NCBI GenBank assembly: GCA_963978095.1
Contig: CAXBQP010000024.1
Span: 1 to 43,332 of the forward strand
Source of the DNA: an uncultured bacterium
Lineage (GTDB): Bacteria > Gemmatimonadota > Gemmatimonadetes > Gemmatimonadales > Gemmatimonadaceae
DNA length: 43,332 nt
Direction: 5' to 3'
In this document: piece by piece, positions 40,449 to 43,332 of the stretch
How positions within the stretch are numbered: position 1 is the stretch's first letter
Layout of the letters: the number at the start of each line of letters is the position of its first letter
The notes under the pieces: model-generated
Database searches by the model: none
The model's input: the letters and a program-made list of their open reading frames with translations, nothing else
Told to the model about the DNA's origin: nothing
Translations under genes and position numbers: made by a program

Positions 40449-41761
40449 TGGGATATCCGCACAAATCACATCCGCGCGAGACCCCGGTGCTGAGCAAGCA
40501 CTTCGGCGATCCTGACGCGATCTCGCTGGACGGCTGGAGGAAGCGCGGGGGCTACAAGGCGCTCGAACAGGCGTTGAACATGGAGCCGTCTGCCATTGTC
40601 GATATCGTCAAGGCATCCGGCCTGCGCGGCCGCGGTGGCGCGGGTTTCCCGACGGGCGTGAAGTGGTCGTTCATGCGACCGGGCGACGGGAAGCCCCATT
40701 ATCTGTGCTGCAACGCCGACGAGTCCGAGCCGGGAACCTTCAAGGACCGCGAAATCATGCGGTGGACGCCGCACGCCCTGGTCGAAGGGTGCGCGGTTGG
40801 CGCATACGCAATTGGCGCCGAGACGGCCTACATCTACATCCGCGGCGAGTTCACGGAGCCCATCCAGCGCATGGAGGCGGCGCTCAAGGAAGCCTACGCG
40901 GCCGGGATCCTTGGCAAGAACGCGATGGGTTCGGGAAAGCGGGTCGACGTCTACGTCCACAAGGGAGCCGGCGCCTACATCTGCGGTGAAGAGACCGCGT
41001 TGATGAACTCGCTCGAGGGCAAGCGCGGGAATCCCCGCATCAAGCCGCCCTTCCCGGCCGTTTCGGGGCTCTTCGCGCAGCCGACGACGATCAATAACGT
41101 CGAAACGCTCGCCGCCGTGCCGCACATCTTGAACAATGGCGCCGAGTGGTACAAGGCGATGTGCCTGAGCAGCCCCAAGAGCACGGGCAGCAAGCTCTTC
41201 TCGGTTTGCGGCAACATCAGCAAGCCCGGCAACTACGAGATCACGATGGGATTCCCATTCAAGGACTTCCTCTACGATCTCTGCGGTGGCCCGACGCCGG
41301 GACGGAAGTTCAAGGCGGTGATCCCGGGCGGGTGCTCGGTGCCGATCCAGACCATGGCAGAGGCGGAAGCGACGCTCATGGATTACGAAGGATTCGTCGC
41401 ACAGGGCACGATGCTCGGCTCCGGCGGCGTGATCGTGTTCGACGACGCGCAGTCGATCCCGCGGCAGATGGCGCGTCTCGCGCGCTTCTACGCACACGAG
41501 AGTTGCGCACAGTGCACGCAGTGCCGCGAGGGCACCGCGTGGACCACGAAGATCATGGAGCGGATCGTGGCGGGGCAGGGAACGTTCGAGGATCTCGACA
41601 CCCTGCTCGAGCTCGCGGATAACATGACCGGCAAGACCATTTGCGTGCTGAGCGACTCCTGCGCGACCGTGGTGACCAGCGGTCTGCAGAAGTTCCGGCA
41701 TGAGTTCGAGGCGCTGATCACTGGCAAGCGTTCCTCGACCGTACCCATGGCGGTGGCATGA
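40448..41761 (+). CDS. nuoF: NADH-quinone oxidoreductase subunit F
   Basis: SGLRGRGGAGFPTG, NADESEPGTFKDR, GAGAYICGEETAL, NNVETL, ESCAQCTQCREG...TIC. Confidence 0.96.
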   Translation: MGYPHKSHPRETPVLSKHFGDPDAISLDGWRKRGGYKALEQALNMEPSAIVDIVKASGLRGRGGAGFPTGVKWSFMRPGDGKPHYLCCNADESEPGTFKDREIMRWTPHALVEGCAVGAYAIGAETAYIYIRGEFTEPIQRMEAALKEAYAAGILGKNAMGSGKRVDVYVHKGAGAYICGEETALMNSLEGKRGNPRIKPPFPAVSGLFAQPTTINNVETLAAVPHILNNGAEWYKAMCLSSPKSTGSKLFSVCGNISKPGNYEITMGFPFKDFLYDLCGGPTPGRKFKAVIPGGCSVPIQTMAEAEATLMDYEGFVAQGTMLGSGGVIVFDDAQSIPRQMARLARFYAHESCAQCTQCREGTAWTTKIMERIVAGQGTFEDLDTLLELADNMTGKTICVLSDSCATVVTSGLQKFRHEFEALITGKRSSTVPMAVA

Positions 41762-43308
41762 TGGCGGACACTCCGATGGTGAATCTCACGATCGAGGGTC
41801 ACGCGGTCAGCGTCCCGGCGGGTACCTCGATCCTCGAGGCGGCGAAGACCGCGGGCGTGCTGATTCCGCATTACTGCTACCACCCTTCGCTTCCGGTCGC
41901 CGGCGTGTGCCGCATGTGCCTCGTGGAAGTGGAGAAGGCACCGAAGCTCCTCCCGAGTTGCGCGACGGCGGTCGCGGAGGGGCAGGTGGTCCACGTGTAC
42001 TCGGAACAGGCGCTCGAGGCCCGCAAAGGGGTCCTCGAGTTGCTGCTCATCAACCACCCGCTGGACTGCCCGATTTGCGATCAAGCCGGCGAATGTGAGC
42101 TGCAGGACTACACGTTCGCCGAGGGGCGTCAGGACTCGCGATATCGCGAGCCCAAGCGGTTCGATCCGGTCGAGGATTTCGGCGGCGACGTCATGTACGT
42201 CGGCAATCGATGCATCCTCTGCACGCGCTGCGTGCGGTTCATGGAGGACGTGCACCATGATCCCGTGATCGAGGTCCAGGATCGTGGCGACCGCGCCCGC
42301 ATCGGCAAGGCGCCGGACAACGACCTGACGCAAGCGTGGGCCGCCAACGTCGTGGACCTGTGCCCCGTCGGCGCCCTCCTCAGCAAGGATTTCCTGAACA
42401 AGGCGCGTGCGTGGGAACTGGACCGCACGGCGAGTGTGTGCAACGGATGCTCCCAAGGCTGCAATACCGTCGTCGAAACGCGGGACAATGTCGTGATGCG
42501 CTACAAGCCGCGCGCGAACGATGCCGTGAACAAGCACTTCATGTGCGATGAGGGGCGTCTGAACTATGCGTGGCTGAACCGCCCGGACCGCATCACGTGG
42601 CCGCACGCGGCGGGTGCGGTCACGGGTTGGGAGGAGGCGATCGGTGCCGCGGCGGCGACGCTCAAGGGGAAGCGGGCCCATGTGGTCGTCAACGCCTCGC
42701 TCAGCAATGAAACGTTGTTCGCGCTCAAGCAGCTGATCGCGAAGACCGGCGGTGCCGGGTACTTCAGCGTGGTCCAGGGCCCCGAGGCGCCGCTCCCGGG
42801 AGTCGCAGACCTCGCGGTCCGGGCGGACCGCGCGGCGAATGCGACGGGCGCTGAGCTCCTCGGGTTCACGCGGACCGACGCGCCGCTTGCGACGCTCGGC
42901 GCGGGAGACACACTCGTGCTCGTTGATGTCGCCCTCGGTGACCACGACAAGGACGCAGCGGCAAGGGCCGGGGCCGTCGTGGTGATCGGAACCGCCGAAA
43001 CGCAGGTGCTCGCTGGCGCGGCAGCCGTGCTCCCGATGACCAACTACGTCGAGGAGGAAGGGACGTTCACCAATCTTCGCGGACGTGTCCAGCGGTACCT
43101 GCAGGCGAAGGCCACCACCGGTGCCGCGCGTCCGGCGTGGTACATCCTCTCCGACGTGCTCGCCGCGCTCGGCGACGGGACGGAGTACTTCACCGCGAGT
43201 GCCACCTTTGATGCGCTGGCCAAGGCCGAGCCCGCCTTCGGTGGGTTGTCGTACGACACCCTTGGCCTGCGCGGTGCCACGGTTCAGCGCGCAACGGTGA
43301 CCGCATGA
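41758..43308 (+). CDS. nuoG: NADH-quinone oxidoreductase subunit G (short form)
   Basis: IPHYCYHP...CRMCLVE...SC (N1b), HPLDCPICDQAGEC (N5), RCILCTRC...DLCPVG (N4), CNGCSQGC-x27-C (N7). Confidence 0.92.
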   Translation: MMADTPMVNLTIEGHAVSVPAGTSILEAAKTAGVLIPHYCYHPSLPVAGVCRMCLVEVEKAPKLLPSCATAVAEGQVVHVYSEQALEARKGVLELLLINHPLDCPICDQAGECELQDYTFAEGRQDSRYREPKRFDPVEDFGGDVMYVGNRCILCTRCVRFMEDVHHDPVIEVQDRGDRARIGKAPDNDLTQAWAANVVDLCPVGALLSKDFLNKARAWELDRTASVCNGCSQGCNTVVETRDNVVMRYKPRANDAVNKHFMCDEGRLNYAWLNRPDRITWPHAAGAVTGWEEAIGAAAATLKGKRAHVVVNASLSNETLFALKQLIAKTGGAGYFSVVQGPEAPLPGVADLAVRADRAANATGAELLGFTRTDAPLATLGAGDTLVLVDVALGDHDKDAAARAGAVVVIGTAETQVLAGAAAVLPMTNYVEEEGTFTNLRGRVQRYLQAKATTGAARPAWYILSDVLAALGDGTEYFTASATFDALAKAEPAFGGLSYDTLGLRGATVQRATVTA

Positions 43309-43332
43309 ACCACCTGAACCTCTTCGCGCTCG
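43305..43332 (+). CDS. Start of the next gene, probably nuoH (truncated by the window end)
   Basis: ATGA overlap with the nuoG stop gives MNHLNLFAL. Identity is inferred from operon order only. Confidence 0.4.

Overview
High-GC bacterial chromosomal DNA, almost all core metabolism. Gene order and protein style suggest Gemmatimonadota, which is an inference and not verified. Bases 1-72 are an Illumina P7/TruSeq-type adapter, not genome. Left to right the window holds: (-) a selenocysteine-containing Mo/W formate dehydrogenase catalytic subunit (in-frame TGA plus SECIS-like hairpin, split in the ORF track) and a NuoE-NuoF-like diaphorase fusion cut by the contig end; a secreted protein made of two tandem copies of an unrecognised domain plus a PLP aminotransferase; a DUF983-like protein; a 2-hydroxyacid dehydrogenase; icd-pepA-TonB-plug outer-membrane protein; a long housekeeping run (yicC-gmk-rpoZ-coaBC-udg-dnaB-radA-ispD-tsaC-LMW phosphatase-aroE-comF-gap-pgk-tpiA-secG-carA); HU/IHF; moaDEA; mdh-sdhCAB; a Phd-VapC toxin-antitoxin pair; (-) a secreted unknown protein, tesB and dcd; and nuoABCDEFG with the start of probable nuoH. 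I see no tRNA, rRNA, CRISPR array, transposase, integrase or phage genes, and no clearly new multi-gene system. The best leads are the hidden selenoprotein FDH lacking its N-terminal Fe-S domain, the tandem-domain secreted protein, a Rex-type operator at nuoA, a leaderless autoregulated TA module, a YwlE-type arginine phosphatase, a probable CTG start codon and a Cys-pair loop insertion in NuoA.
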